NCBI GenBank assembly: GCA_040326155.1
Contig: JBEQLE010000012.1
Coordinates: 729-64,728 of the forward strand
DNA: 64,000 bases
Reading direction: 5' to 3'
DNA from: Leptospirales bacterium
GTDB lineage: Bacteria; Spirochaetota; Leptospiria; Turneriellales; JAOUFE01
Part shown: piece by piece, positions 1-8,922 of the stretch
Numbering within the stretch: position 1 is the first letter of the stretch
Layout of the letters: each line of letters opens with the position of its first letter
Notes under the pieces: generated by a model
Told to the model about the DNA's origin: nothing
Seen by the model: the letters and a program-made list of their open reading frames with translations, nothing else
Databases searched by the model: none
Made by a program: the position numbers and the translations under genes

Positions 1-122
1 GTTTATGATGTTTATGGCCAGCGCCTTTCTATCGCTTCTCAATCTTGTCTTGTATAAATTCGCGCCGGTCCTGAAAGTCACAAAATTCGAGACCGGTGAG
101 AGTTGAAAACAGATACTGAAGT

Positions 123-989
123 TTACCTGTTTTCAAGAACCCATTTCCTTAAGTCGCCCAACGGCTCCTCTTTGCCGGTGTCATTGTAAATTTCATGGTA
201 AAAACCATCGTAAATTTTTATAGTTTTATGTATGGGTTTATCCGGGTTACCCGCAGCTTCGTAAATTTTCTGGGAGCCTTTGCAATCTGAAATATTGTCG
301 GCGGAGCCATGGGTAAACAGAACCGGTAAATTCAGCTTTGAAGCATTTTCTAAACTGGCTTTACTTGAATTCAATATTTCGCGGGCTAGACCATATGACA
401 TGACGCCAGAGTTTAAAGGGTCGTTTTTATACGCTTTTACCACCTCAAGATCACGAGAAATATTTTTGGGTTTTAACCCACTGGGTAAAGCAATATGTGG
501 AAAAAACAAAGAGATGAATTTTGCCAGAGCAAGTTTAACGCGCATCCCGAATGTCAGGTTCACCGCAAAAGGAGAAGCGTTGGCGACAAGCCCCCGCAGT
601 TTGGCGGAACGCACCGGGTCAAGACAGTAAGCGACGGCAATGCCCGCCCCCATAGAGTGTCCAAGCAAAACCGGCTTTAAAAGATTGTATTTTTTTGTTA
701 TAAAATCGACAAAAGTATCGAGATCTTGCACATACTCATCGAAAGAGACGAGCCACCCCCGTTTACCTTCGGACTTTCCATGCCCGCGAGCATCAAGCAT
801 AAAAAACGAATATCCGGTGTTTTCAAAAGCGCGAACCACATTCATATAGCGTCCAGAGTGTTCTCCAACCCCATGCTGTATAATAATAGATTTTGAGAGA
901 AGCGATTTTTCGGCCACCCACCCCTGGTAAAACAGATTTAAACCGTCGACCCTGCTCTTGATCTGACCTGTAATATGATTATAAGACAT
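123..989 (-). CDS. Alpha/beta hydrolase, lysophospholipase/monoacylglycerol lipase (Hydrolase_4) family
   Basis: HGVGEHSGRY, DARGHGKSEG, nucleophile GHSMG, HGSAD and FYHEI motifs. ATG at 989 preferred over the GTG at 1016. Confidence 0.9.
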   Translation of the reverse strand: MSYNHITGQIKSRVDGLNLFYQGWVAEKSLLSKSIIIQHGVGEHSGRYMNVVRAFENTGYSFFMLDARGHGKSEGKRGWLVSFDEYVQDLDTFVDFITKKYNLLKPVLLGHSMGAGIAVAYCLDPVRSAKLRGLVANASPFAVNLTFGMRVKLALAKFISLFFPHIALPSGLKPKNISRDLEVVKAYKNDPLNSGVMSYGLAREILNSSKASLENASKLNLPVLFTHGSADNISDCKGSQKIYEAAGNPDKPIHKTIKIYDGFYHEIYNDTGKEEPLGDLRKWVLENR

Positions 990-1100
990 ACTTCGATTAT
1001 AAACGCTGCGACCCACTGGTCAAGTCAAAAAGAAACCAGTTTTTTTGAGTTGAAACCTTGATCTTGTTGACAGAGCAGTCAGTTCTCCATTAGTAAATGT

Positions 1101-2561
1101 ATGTTCGGTTTTTATGGTTATAAAATCACTCTTAAAAAGTTTTTTCTCGGGGTTGTTTGCGTTATAATTTTTATTCCCTTGCTCTCTCCGGTGGCGGCAA
1201 AAAAGCCTGTATTAAAAGCTCTGACGGACCCCAGCTTTGTTCCTTTTGAAATGCTCGATCCGAAGACAAAAGAGATGGTGGGTTTTGACATTGATATGTT
1301 AAAAGAGATCTCCCGTATAGTGGGCTTTGAATATGAGCTTCAAACCATGAACTTTAATGGCATTGTGCCGGCTTTGCAGACACGTCATGTGGATTTGGCT
1401 ATTGCGGGAATCACAATCACAAAAGAGCGACAGAAGGTGATTGATTTTTCAATTCCTTATTATGATTCAGGTCTGCGAATTCTGGTTCGAAAAAACAACC
1501 AGAGCATTGAAAAACTAGAAGACCTCAAAGGTAAATCGGTGGCCACTAAAATTGGCAGCACAAGCTACGATTTCTTGAAAAAACAATTTGCCCAAACAGA
1601 TACTAAAATCATCCCGTATCCGAACAGCTCCGATATGTACATGGCATTGTTGTCTAAGAATGTTGACGCCGTTTTTTATGACGTCCCCAATGTAGCTTAC
1701 TTTGCGCAAACCAGGGGGACCAATAAAGTAAAAGCCGTAGGGCCGATCTACCAGGGTCAACAATATGGCATTGCCATGGTTAAAAACAGCCCCTGGAAAG
1801 CATCCATAGACGCAGCTTTGCAGCAGATGCGTAAAGATGGCAGTTATGACCGAATCCACGAAAAGTGGTTTTCTTCGACAGTGGCGGAAGAAAAATCATT
1901 TGATCTAGATTGGCGTTCTGCGTATCAGGCGATTCCATATTTAATGAAGGGAGTTCCCTATACCATAGGCATTTCCTTTGGAGGGCTACTCCTGGGCTTT
2001 TTTATAGGGCTGGGCTTTGGCCTGATGAGTCTGCACAGATTGAAGATTATCAGATGGCCAGCCATCGCCTACATAGAATTTTTTCGGGGAACCCCGGTAT
2101 TGGTTCAAGTGCTCTTTATATTTTTCGGTTTGCCCGAGATCATTGGACGACCCATCGATGCGCTTAGTGCCAGTGTCGCTGCCATCGCCTTAAACTCAGG
2201 GGCCTATATTTCCGAGATCATGCGGGGGGGTGTGCGTTCCATAGACAAAGGGCAGACGGAAGCCGGACTAAGCCTGGGGCTCTCGCAAATTCAGACCTTC
2301 CGGTTTGTGGTATGGCCGCAGGCTCTCAAGAGAATGATTCCACCACTCGGCAACCAAGCCATTATCAGCCTCAAAGATACTTCTTTGCTTTCTGTCATCG
2401 GGGTGGGCGAACTAGTGCGCCAGGGGCAAGTATATATTGCCACTACGTTTACCGCTTTAGAAGTTTACTTTGTGGTTGCCCTAATCTACCTTGCCATCAC
2501 AGTAAGTCTTTCTGCAATTTTACGCTACATCGAAAGAAACCACCTGGGAGAAAAGGCTTAA
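1101..2561 (+). CDS. Polar amino-acid ABC transporter, fused substrate-binding domain + permease (GlnH-GlnP type)
   Basis: N-terminal signal peptide; PBP family 3 motifs (FVPFEM, GFDID, GITITKERQKVIDFS); C-terminal HisM/GlnP permease (YIEFFRGTP, SGAYISEIMRGG, GQTEAGLSLG). Confidence 0.93.
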   Translation: MFGFYGYKITLKKFFLGVVCVIIFIPLLSPVAAKKPVLKALTDPSFVPFEMLDPKTKEMVGFDIDMLKEISRIVGFEYELQTMNFNGIVPALQTRHVDLAIAGITITKERQKVIDFSIPYYDSGLRILVRKNNQSIEKLEDLKGKSVATKIGSTSYDFLKKQFAQTDTKIIPYPNSSDMYMALLSKNVDAVFYDVPNVAYFAQTRGTNKVKAVGPIYQGQQYGIAMVKNSPWKASIDAALQQMRKDGSYDRIHEKWFSSTVAEEKSFDLDWRSAYQAIPYLMKGVPYTIGISFGGLLLGFFIGLGFGLMSLHRLKIIRWPAIAYIEFFRGTPVLVQVLFIFFGLPEIIGRPIDALSASVAAIALNSGAYISEIMRGGVRSIDKGQTEAGLSLGLSQIQTFRFVVWPQALKRMIPPLGNQAIISLKDTSLLSVIGVGELVRQGQVYIATTFTALEVYFVVALIYLAITVSLSAILRYIERNHLGEKA

Positions 2562-2564
2562 AAT

Positions 2565-3308
2565 ATGACACTCGTAGAAATTAACAACCTGACTAAATTT
2601 TTTACACATCACGAGGTACTTAAAAATATCAGCCTGAGTATTCAAAGCGGAGAAGTTGTGGTGATCATTGGAGCAAGCGGTTCAGGAAAATCCACTCTAA
2701 TTCGTTGTCTCAATGGTCTGGAAAGTTTTCAAAAAGGACAGATAAACATAGCAGACCATCAGCTCAACGCCGGTGATAAAAATCCGGAGGCCCTGAAAAA
2801 GATTCGGGAGACGACCGGTATGGTCTTTCAACACTTTAACTTGTTTGGGCATCTCAGTGTACTCGAAAACATAACCCTGGCTCCGATCCAGGTACAAAAG
2901 TTAGATCCAGAAAGCGCCCAGCAAAAAAGCATGAAACTATTATCCAAAGTCAGAATCGAAGATCAGGCCCACAAGTACCCGGACAGATTATCGGGGGGAC
3001 AAAAACAGAGGGTCGCGATCGCCAGGGCTCTGGCCATGGAACCAAAACTCTTACTTTTCGATGAGCCAACATCAGCGCTTGATCCGGAAATGGTCGGAGA
3101 AGTTCTCGATGTCATGCGAGACCTTGCCAAAGAAGGCATGACCATGGTTGTAGTTACCCATGAAATCAGCTTTGCCCGTGAAGTCGCCGACCGCATTGTG
3201 TATTTAGATGAAGGAGAAATTCTCGAACAAGGTAGCCCCGAACAGCTTCTTGATAATCCACGCCACCCGCGAACCCGCTCTTTTTTATCTCGTGTACTGA
3301 GCCATTAA
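2565..3308 (+). CDS. glnQ: Polar amino-acid ABC transporter ATP-binding protein
   Basis: Walker [17 protein letters not shown] signature, [15 protein letters not shown]; starts 3 bp after the permease gene. Confidence 0.92.
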   Translation: MTLVEINNLTKFFTHHEVLKNISLSIQSGEVVVIIGASGSGKSTLIRCLNGLESFQKGQINIADHQLNAGDKNPEALKKIRETTGMVFQHFNLFGHLSVLENITLAPIQVQKLDPESAQQKSMKLLSKVRIEDQAHKYPDRLSGGQKQRVAIARALAMEPKLLLFDEPTSALDPEMVGEVLDVMRDLAKEGMTMVVVTHEISFAREVADRIVYLDEGEILEQGSPEQLLDNPRHPRTRSFLSRVLSH

Positions 3309-3332
3309 TTTATCGAAGTTGTCGTCGAGATA

Positions 3333-4526
3333 TCACCACGATGCGTCCCCATTTTGCCAGTCATGCTTTTCTTTTTCTATTGTTATATCGATTGCCGAAC
3401 TTAATGTAAAAGCCTGGAAAATTCTGCCAATACGTTCATAACCCGGCCATCTAAATATCGAGCCGATTGTAAACAACATATAGTAGAGGTTTCCCTTGTG
3501 AAGTCTTCGTGACATTTTAATGCCAACTTCCTCTCGTAAACACTTGTTCGCTAATTTCCATCGAACAAATTGATTGTAGGCATCAATATCAGAATCAGGA
3601 CAAAGATTCGTATGAATCACTTGATTCAACAATTTAAACTGATAATTCATGGCGTATAGAATAGTTAAAGCCAGAGAATCCTCATTTGACGTACGTGGAT
3701 ATACCTTAAACATAGAACAATAAACAGGCATAAAGTCAGCATAATAGCCGATTAAAGAGCCACCATTTGCAACATTTAATGTAGGTGTGCCAATCATAAG
3801 ATTAATAGAGTGCTGTAGCGGAGGTATGGACTCTCCCCATCTTGGCTCTCCTTTGTCAGAGTATTTTAAAAAGAGAAAACGTGAGCCAACAACCTGCCCC
3901 GGTTGAACAGAATTTATCATTTCTTTTAAACCGTCTGGCGTTTTAATTTCAGGATTAAACCGGGACTTACCTTCAGGTATGACTCTTAATCTGGTTTCTG
4001 CATCAACCATATAAAGATATTTTGGTTGATAGGTTTTGCTTACTGTGCCCAGAAAATACCGAAACAGATCACCCAGTGCAACCGCTTTACCAGCGCGCAA
4101 AGGTGAATTATGCTGATGAATTACAAAAAGTCGATTCTTGCTCTCTTCGGTCTTCAGTTTTTCTTTTAGAAGCAGCTTACCTTTTTCATTTATCGTGGCT
4201 TGTATAATTTCATCAAACCCCAGTTTTTTTCGAAGCTTTTCATAGGTGGCCAATACGCCTTTGCTTTTATCCATAGGAGGAAAAACATTCACAGTATTAC
4301 CGCCCCCCCTGTTTAAAATTACAAAAAAATCGAGCGTATGGCCCACTCTCTTACTTTGCTCCAAGAGCTCTTGTATCGTTTTTAAAATAATAGATTCACT
4401 GTTGTAAACTGAACAAATCGTTGCAATTTTTGAGTTTATATCTGAAAATTTTAGCTGAAGCCGTAGATCGGTTGCCGTATCAATGCATTTTTTAAAATCC
4501 GGCGGTATTGTATCGTTTCTAGTCAC
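3333..4526 (-). CDS. Hypothetical protein, probable divergent GT2 (GT-A fold) glycosyltransferase
   Basis: CSVYNSE start motif, MVDAE (DxD-like), NGGS, NED and QFVRW (QxxRW) in the order expected for GT2 enzymes. Confidence 0.55.
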   Translation of the reverse strand: MTRNDTIPPDFKKCIDTATDLRLQLKFSDINSKIATICSVYNSESIILKTIQELLEQSKRVGHTLDFFVILNRGGGNTVNVFPPMDKSKGVLATYEKLRKKLGFDEIIQATINEKGKLLLKEKLKTEESKNRLFVIHQHNSPLRAGKAVALGDLFRYFLGTVSKTYQPKYLYMVDAETRLRVIPEGKSRFNPEIKTPDGLKEMINSVQPGQVVGSRFLFLKYSDKGEPRWGESIPPLQHSINLMIGTPTLNVANGGSLIGYYADFMPVYCSMFKVYPRTSNEDSLALTILYAMNYQFKLLNQVIHTNLCPDSDIDAYNQFVRWKLANKCLREEVGIKMSRRLHKGNLYYMLFTIGSIFRWPGYERIGRIFQAFTLSSAIDITIEKEKHDWQNGDASW

Positions 4527-4986
4527 TCTCTTAGGTTCGTAATCTTACACTGAGTACTTTACAGTATTTTAATTTTTATTACTATTTTACCTTTTTTGTT
4601 AAAAAATTTTCAAAAATAATAATAAACTTCATTTGGCTCTAGAGATTGCACTTCCGGTGTTCATCCTACCATCCCAACTTTCATCGAATTGTTATATTGT
4701 GCATAAAAATTACTTGTAAAACACGAACATAACTCTTGGTGAATCGCCTGAAGCAAATATCCCGGTATGTTCCGATGAGGGTTGGGCGGAGTCCGAAGGG
4801 GCCAGTTCATGTCAGTTTAAAGAGGGCGTGAGTGGCGTTTACCCGAGCAAGTGTACAATGACGCAAGCCGGCAACCTGGAATGGCGGCATAATAGCAATA
4901 CCGAGTGTTCGCTCGGCAGGAAAAATCAATAACGATAATTTTTTCATAAATCCACAAGTAACACAGACATTTCTAAGTGTAACTTT

Positions 4987-5933
4987 TTAGTGCTTCATAA
5001 TAATGTCAAACAGTGTCTGCTGCATACCCGATAAATGTTTCAACTTTTTCGGGTGAATAAACTTAATTATTCTGCGAACAATTTTATAAAAAAAATAGAA
5101 TATCTTTTTTACAAAAGAAATATCCCTGGGGGGAATGGCGCGAATAAGTTTTACCTGCAAGACCATCAAAAAACGATGAATTTTCGCGGAAAAAGTTAAA
5201 CCCGCGTGTGGTTCGGGGCCAGGAACATACTCTCTTGCAGTATAACGAGGCATTTTAGATCTTATCTTTTCGCCATTCAGAACCGGCGAAAAATCCGGGG
5301 CCGCACGGTCGCGGTCAGTCAGGTGTTTTCCATTTAGTTTGGGTTGCCAATTGCAAAGGGTTTTAATTACGGAAGTGTGGTCAAAAACTTTTTTTGGTTC
5401 ACTTGATCGAAACACAGTTTTTTCTTTAATCCACGGAGAGATCATTATAGTGGGTACTCGGGCGCCCAGCTGGGTAAATTTAAAATTTTTCTCTAAAGGG
5501 TAATCGGGGTTTTTCATCGGCGCCACAGCAGAAGGCGGATAAACGTGATCGTAGCACCCCCCGTGTTCATCAAATGTAACAATTAAAAGCGTCGACTCTT
5601 TTTTCTTGCCGTGTATAAAAAGGTCTTCATAAATTTTATTTAAAAGTTCTTCACCTGCAAGAATACTCGGGTCGACAAGGGGATTATTATAGCAAGGTGG
5701 ATGCATATCCGTATGATTATAAAAAACCCTTGGCTCGATAAAAGTATAAGCTGGCAAGTCACCCGTAATGCAACCCCGTCAAAAGCTGGACTTTTCATTT
5801 TCGGTGGAATAAAATGCGCGGGCTTCTTTTTACCCTCATAAAGATAACCCATAAGATTATCGAAAGATCTATTTTCAAACATAATGGCAACCACATGCTC
5901 TATTTTATCCATTGGATTATCTGTTTTTATCAT
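4987..5933 (-). pseudogene. Phosphoesterase (AcpA/non-specific phospholipase C family), internally deleted and frameshifted
   Basis: ORF 5640..5933 carries the N-terminal KIEHVVAIMFENRSFDNLMG motif. ORF 4987..5757 carries LPAYTFIEP, DMHPP, TFDEHGGCYDHV, LGARVP and FDHTS. Only about 55 N-terminal codons precede the frame switch near 5770. Confidence 0.8.
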
Positions 5934-6089
5934 GACTACCTCTTCTAAAAATAATTTGTAATAATTATATTTTACAAATTTTATTCATAGCTAAAAAAAA
6001 TTAACGACCTGAAATATCAACTATCTTTTAATGAATTTTGACTATTAAAATGCTATGACCGCCCACACATGAGACTGCGCACAACGTTA

Positions 6090-6878
6090 TTATAGAAAAT
6101 TTCGGGCAATATAAACAACCGACATCGAAACAACTATGCCGAAAGTAACCCATTTTATAACTACTTTCGAAAAATACTCTGTGTGTTTTGCAGTAAAACG
6201 GGCCCCGAGCGCCGAACCGAACGCCACAATAAGGCCGGGTGTCCACCAGATTAAATCGAGGTAGATAAATATTGCAAGTGCGACCACGGTAAAAGGAATA
6301 ACGAGGGCCATCTTAAGGGCGTTTGCCTTATTGAGGTCTAACTTCATGGCTCCGTGCAAAACAAAAAGCAGGTAGATACCGACACCGGTTTGCAAAAATC
6401 CACCATAAAAACCAGCAGAAAAAAGCAAGGCCGATTCAACATAGCGGCTAACAGTCACGGAATTCTCTGTGCCTGAATTTTCTTCCAAAAAGAAGTTCCC
6501 TTTTTTCGGTTTTTTCTTTGCAACAAGGTAAAAGGCAAAAACAATCATAACAACGAAAATCAGAGGCTCAAATATTTCATTCGAAATGAATGAAGCGGCC
6601 AGAGCCCCGACCGCGCCCCCGACAAGCGTAGGCCAGAACGTTCTCAGAAAACTTTTTCGGTCAATTATTTTCTTCTTAGCATAAACTGCCACTCCCGAGA
6701 CCGATTGAAAAAAAACCGAAAGTCGATTCGTGGCATTTGCTTCTGCTCCCGGAATCCCCAATAAAATCAGAGCGGGAATCGTAACACTGGAGCCACCGCC
6801 TGCCATTGTGTTAATTATACCCGCAGTTAAACCCGCAAAAAATAGTAATGCTGTTGAGAATAAATTCCAATCTTCCAT
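6090..6878 (-). CDS. TSUP (TauE/SafE sulfite exporter) family membrane protein
   Basis: GIINTMAGGG, ANATN and GFYGGFLQTGVG motifs; multiple hydrophobic helices. Confidence 0.9.
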   Translation of the reverse strand: MEDWNLFSTALLFFAGLTAGIINTMAGGGSSVTIPALILLGIPGAEANATNRLSVFFQSVSGVAVYAKKKIIDRKSFLRTFWPTLVGGAVGALAASFISNEIFEPLIFVVMIVFAFYLVAKKKPKKGNFFLEENSGTENSVTVSRYVESALLFSAGFYGGFLQTGVGIYLLFVLHGAMKLDLNKANALKMALVIPFTVVALAIFIYLDLIWWTPGLIVAFGSALGARFTAKHTEYFSKVVIKWVTFGIVVSMSVVYIARNFL

Positions 6879-7009
6879 GTTGATTCCTTTCTAAATACCA
6901 CAATTCTACTTTGGAGCAAAATATAGCACAAGATTAGACATAAGTCAAATAGATAGTTCGAATAGTCAGTATAAGTTGAATTTATACCATAAACAAGTAT
7001 AATCGCCGT

Positions 7010-8035
7010 TTAACTTTCCAAATACATTGCATCCATTCGTGCATGTATAATAGAAGTAAGCAGAGTTTTTAATTTACTCGGTAAAAAAGATTTCCTGATG
7101 CATTTGCTCCAAATCGGTGCAAGAGTTTCAAATTTTTTAAAAATATTTTCTATAGATTTCTCATGAACACCAATTGTAGTTAAAGCGGTTTCAAAGTCGT
7201 TTCGAGTAATCTTTCGTTTTTTCCCGTTCAGGGTTAAAGCGAGTTCTTCGTCGTCGTTAATTACAAGAGCAGTCGACACCATGTCGTAAGCGGGGCTTAA
7301 TATATAACCGGTTCGGTTTCCTTTAAATCGAGGGTCTTTTATTAAAGAAAAATTTTTCAGATGCATATCGGCGTTGCCTGTTAGAAATGAAAACAGAACC
7401 ATTTCGTAAAAATTGATTACATCGAGCAACGGGTTTACAGAAAACTCTTTTATAGTCCTTGCTATTTTTTCATGCGAACCTTTGTATTTATCTTCGGTCA
7501 TCCGGTTTGTCAACTGGCACATATCTTCCATATGTATTTTAACTATGCCATTTTTACCATTGACACGGTCTATTCTGCGCGTTAAATAAGTGCGTGTACC
7601 GTCTTTCATAAAAATAAGCGTATTAGGCACGGTTGAGATATTCGATAGTTCTGCGAGTTTCATGCTCAAATGTTCAATCTCTGGTAAATCAGGATATTCG
7701 TCGGAAGGTGGCTTCAATATATAATTCCCGGGTACGCCGAGTATGGTTAAACGTGATGGAATTTTAAGCTCTTTGGAGAGTAAACCGGCGTTTTTGTTCC
7801 TACTTTTGTCCTTAATGCTTTTTGCAATTTTAAGAGATAGTTTCGGTTGAACCCCGGTTATGGCAAAACGATTTTTCACTATTTTAGCGGCTAATTTTGC
7901 AATATCGTCCAGGGTATAAGGAAACTCGGGCGGCAAAGGCTCGTGAAAAAATTTCCGGGAACAACCATAATGAAAACCGGACTCACCGGAATTGCTTTTT
8001 GTAATATTTTCGTAACAATACAGGCAGCGTTTCAT
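7010..8035 (-). CDS. HipA-family kinase toxin (HipT-like, lacks the HipA N-terminal domain)
   Basis: AITGVQPK Gly-rich loop, YILKP, HMEDMCQ, GNADMHLKNFS, LSPAYD; N-terminal CLYC..FHYGC. Overlaps the upstream gene by ATGA. Confidence 0.93.
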   Translation of the reverse strand: MKRCLYCYENITKSNSGESGFHYGCSRKFFHEPLPPEFPYTLDDIAKLAAKIVKNRFAITGVQPKLSLKIAKSIKDKSRNKNAGLLSKELKIPSRLTILGVPGNYILKPPSDEYPDLPEIEHLSMKLAELSNISTVPNTLIFMKDGTRTYLTRRIDRVNGKNGIVKIHMEDMCQLTNRMTEDKYKGSHEKIARTIKEFSVNPLLDVINFYEMVLFSFLTGNADMHLKNFSLIKDPRFKGNRTGYILSPAYDMVSTALVINDDEELALTLNGKKRKITRNDFETALTTIGVHEKSIENIFKKFETLAPIWSKCIRKSFLPSKLKTLLTSIIHARMDAMYLES

Positions 8036-8382
8036 AACTCTTCCTTGACGCCTTTATTATACGCCGAGTCCATTACCGAAACGGCGCCGATGCAATCGCG
8101 GCAACAGGCGAGCAATAGTCCCATGCGATCTCGTTCATCGAGCTTCCAGTTTTTTTCTGCGATATCAAGCATCCACCCTTCTGGAATCAGTCCGTCAAAA
8201 AAAGGGAATAAAATACTACTATGATAAATCTCATTCGTAAGCGGCAGGGTAAGGCTAACCGGCTGCGGGTTTTCCAATTTCAAATACTCTGCGTTATAAG
8301 CAAACGAGTATCCCTCTTCCGCTTCCTTTAAAACGGCGGCAATTTGATTGCCATAATAAATATTTGCATTTCTTGCGGCCAT
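8032..8382 (-). CDS. HipA N-terminal domain protein (Couple_hipA / HipS-like antitoxin)
   Basis: YSFAY, VSLTLPL, LFPFFDGLIPEGW, DCIGAVSV. ATG at 8382 lies 1 bp after the stop of the HTH gene. Confidence 0.9.
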   Translation of the reverse strand: MAARNANIYYGNQIAAVLKEAEEGYSFAYNAEYLKLENPQPVSLTLPLTNEIYHSSILFPFFDGLIPEGWMLDIAEKNWKLDERDRMGLLLACCRDCIGAVSVMDSAYNKGVKEEL

Positions 8383-8383
8383 T

Positions 8384-8635
8384 TCAATCTCGAGCTTCCG
8401 CCATACTGTTTGCAACAAATCCAGGGTGTTCCTGCGAACAAACCGGACCCAGCTGGCAGCCAAATAAAACCAACACCTGGTTTACTTTGTCCATGCGAAG
8501 CGTAGATTTCCCCTGTTCCATGTCGCGAATAAAGCGCAGTCCTACACCGGCTTTGGCCGCGAGGTTTTCTTGCGTTAAACCCAAAACGCCCCGCTGTTCT
8601 TTCATAAAATCGGCTAAATTGAATGCCTTTTCCAT
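8384..8635 (-). CDS. HipB-like XRE HTH regulator (y4mF type)
   Basis: LTQENLAAKAGVGLRFIRDMEQGK..LRMDKVNQVL; first gene of the three-gene hip operon. Confidence 0.9.
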   Translation of the reverse strand: MEKAFNLADFMKEQRGVLGLTQENLAAKAGVGLRFIRDMEQGKSTLRMDKVNQVLVLFGCQLGPVCSQEHPGFVANSMAEARD

Positions 8636-8751
8636 ATTATACCTTATCGGGTATAATATAGTTAATGTCAATCATTTTATACCTTATCGGGTATAATTAT
8701 TCAAATTTTCCACTATTTATACCCGATAAGGTATAAATAGTGGAAAATTTG
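8634..8751. promoter_or_regulatory. Three palindromic operators TATACC-N6-GGTATA upstream of the hip operon
   Basis: Copies start at 8638, 8678 and 8718 (exact 40-bp period). The third lies inside a perfect 22-bp inverted repeat (8702-8723 / 8730-8751). Confidence 0.85.
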
Positions 8752-8922
8752 CGCAACGCCTTCTGCCTGCCCAAAACAAAAATCAAGCCAAGGTCGTAAA
8801 ACCAGACAATGTATAAACAAAGGTCGTTTATTGTTAAAAAGTGTCAAATTTATAAATAAACGCATTAATCTCTTTACACATTCAATACCCTTACATATTA
8901 TGAGACAATTATATCGTGAAGG

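Noticed and set aside
1101..2561. Binding-protein/permease fusion as a novelty
   Set aside because: Such fusions are well known among polar amino-acid ABC transporters.
8634..8751. Regularly spaced repeats as a mini CRISPR array
   Set aside because: Only three 18-bp palindromes with 22-bp gaps, one inverted, no cas genes; position fits HipB-type operators.
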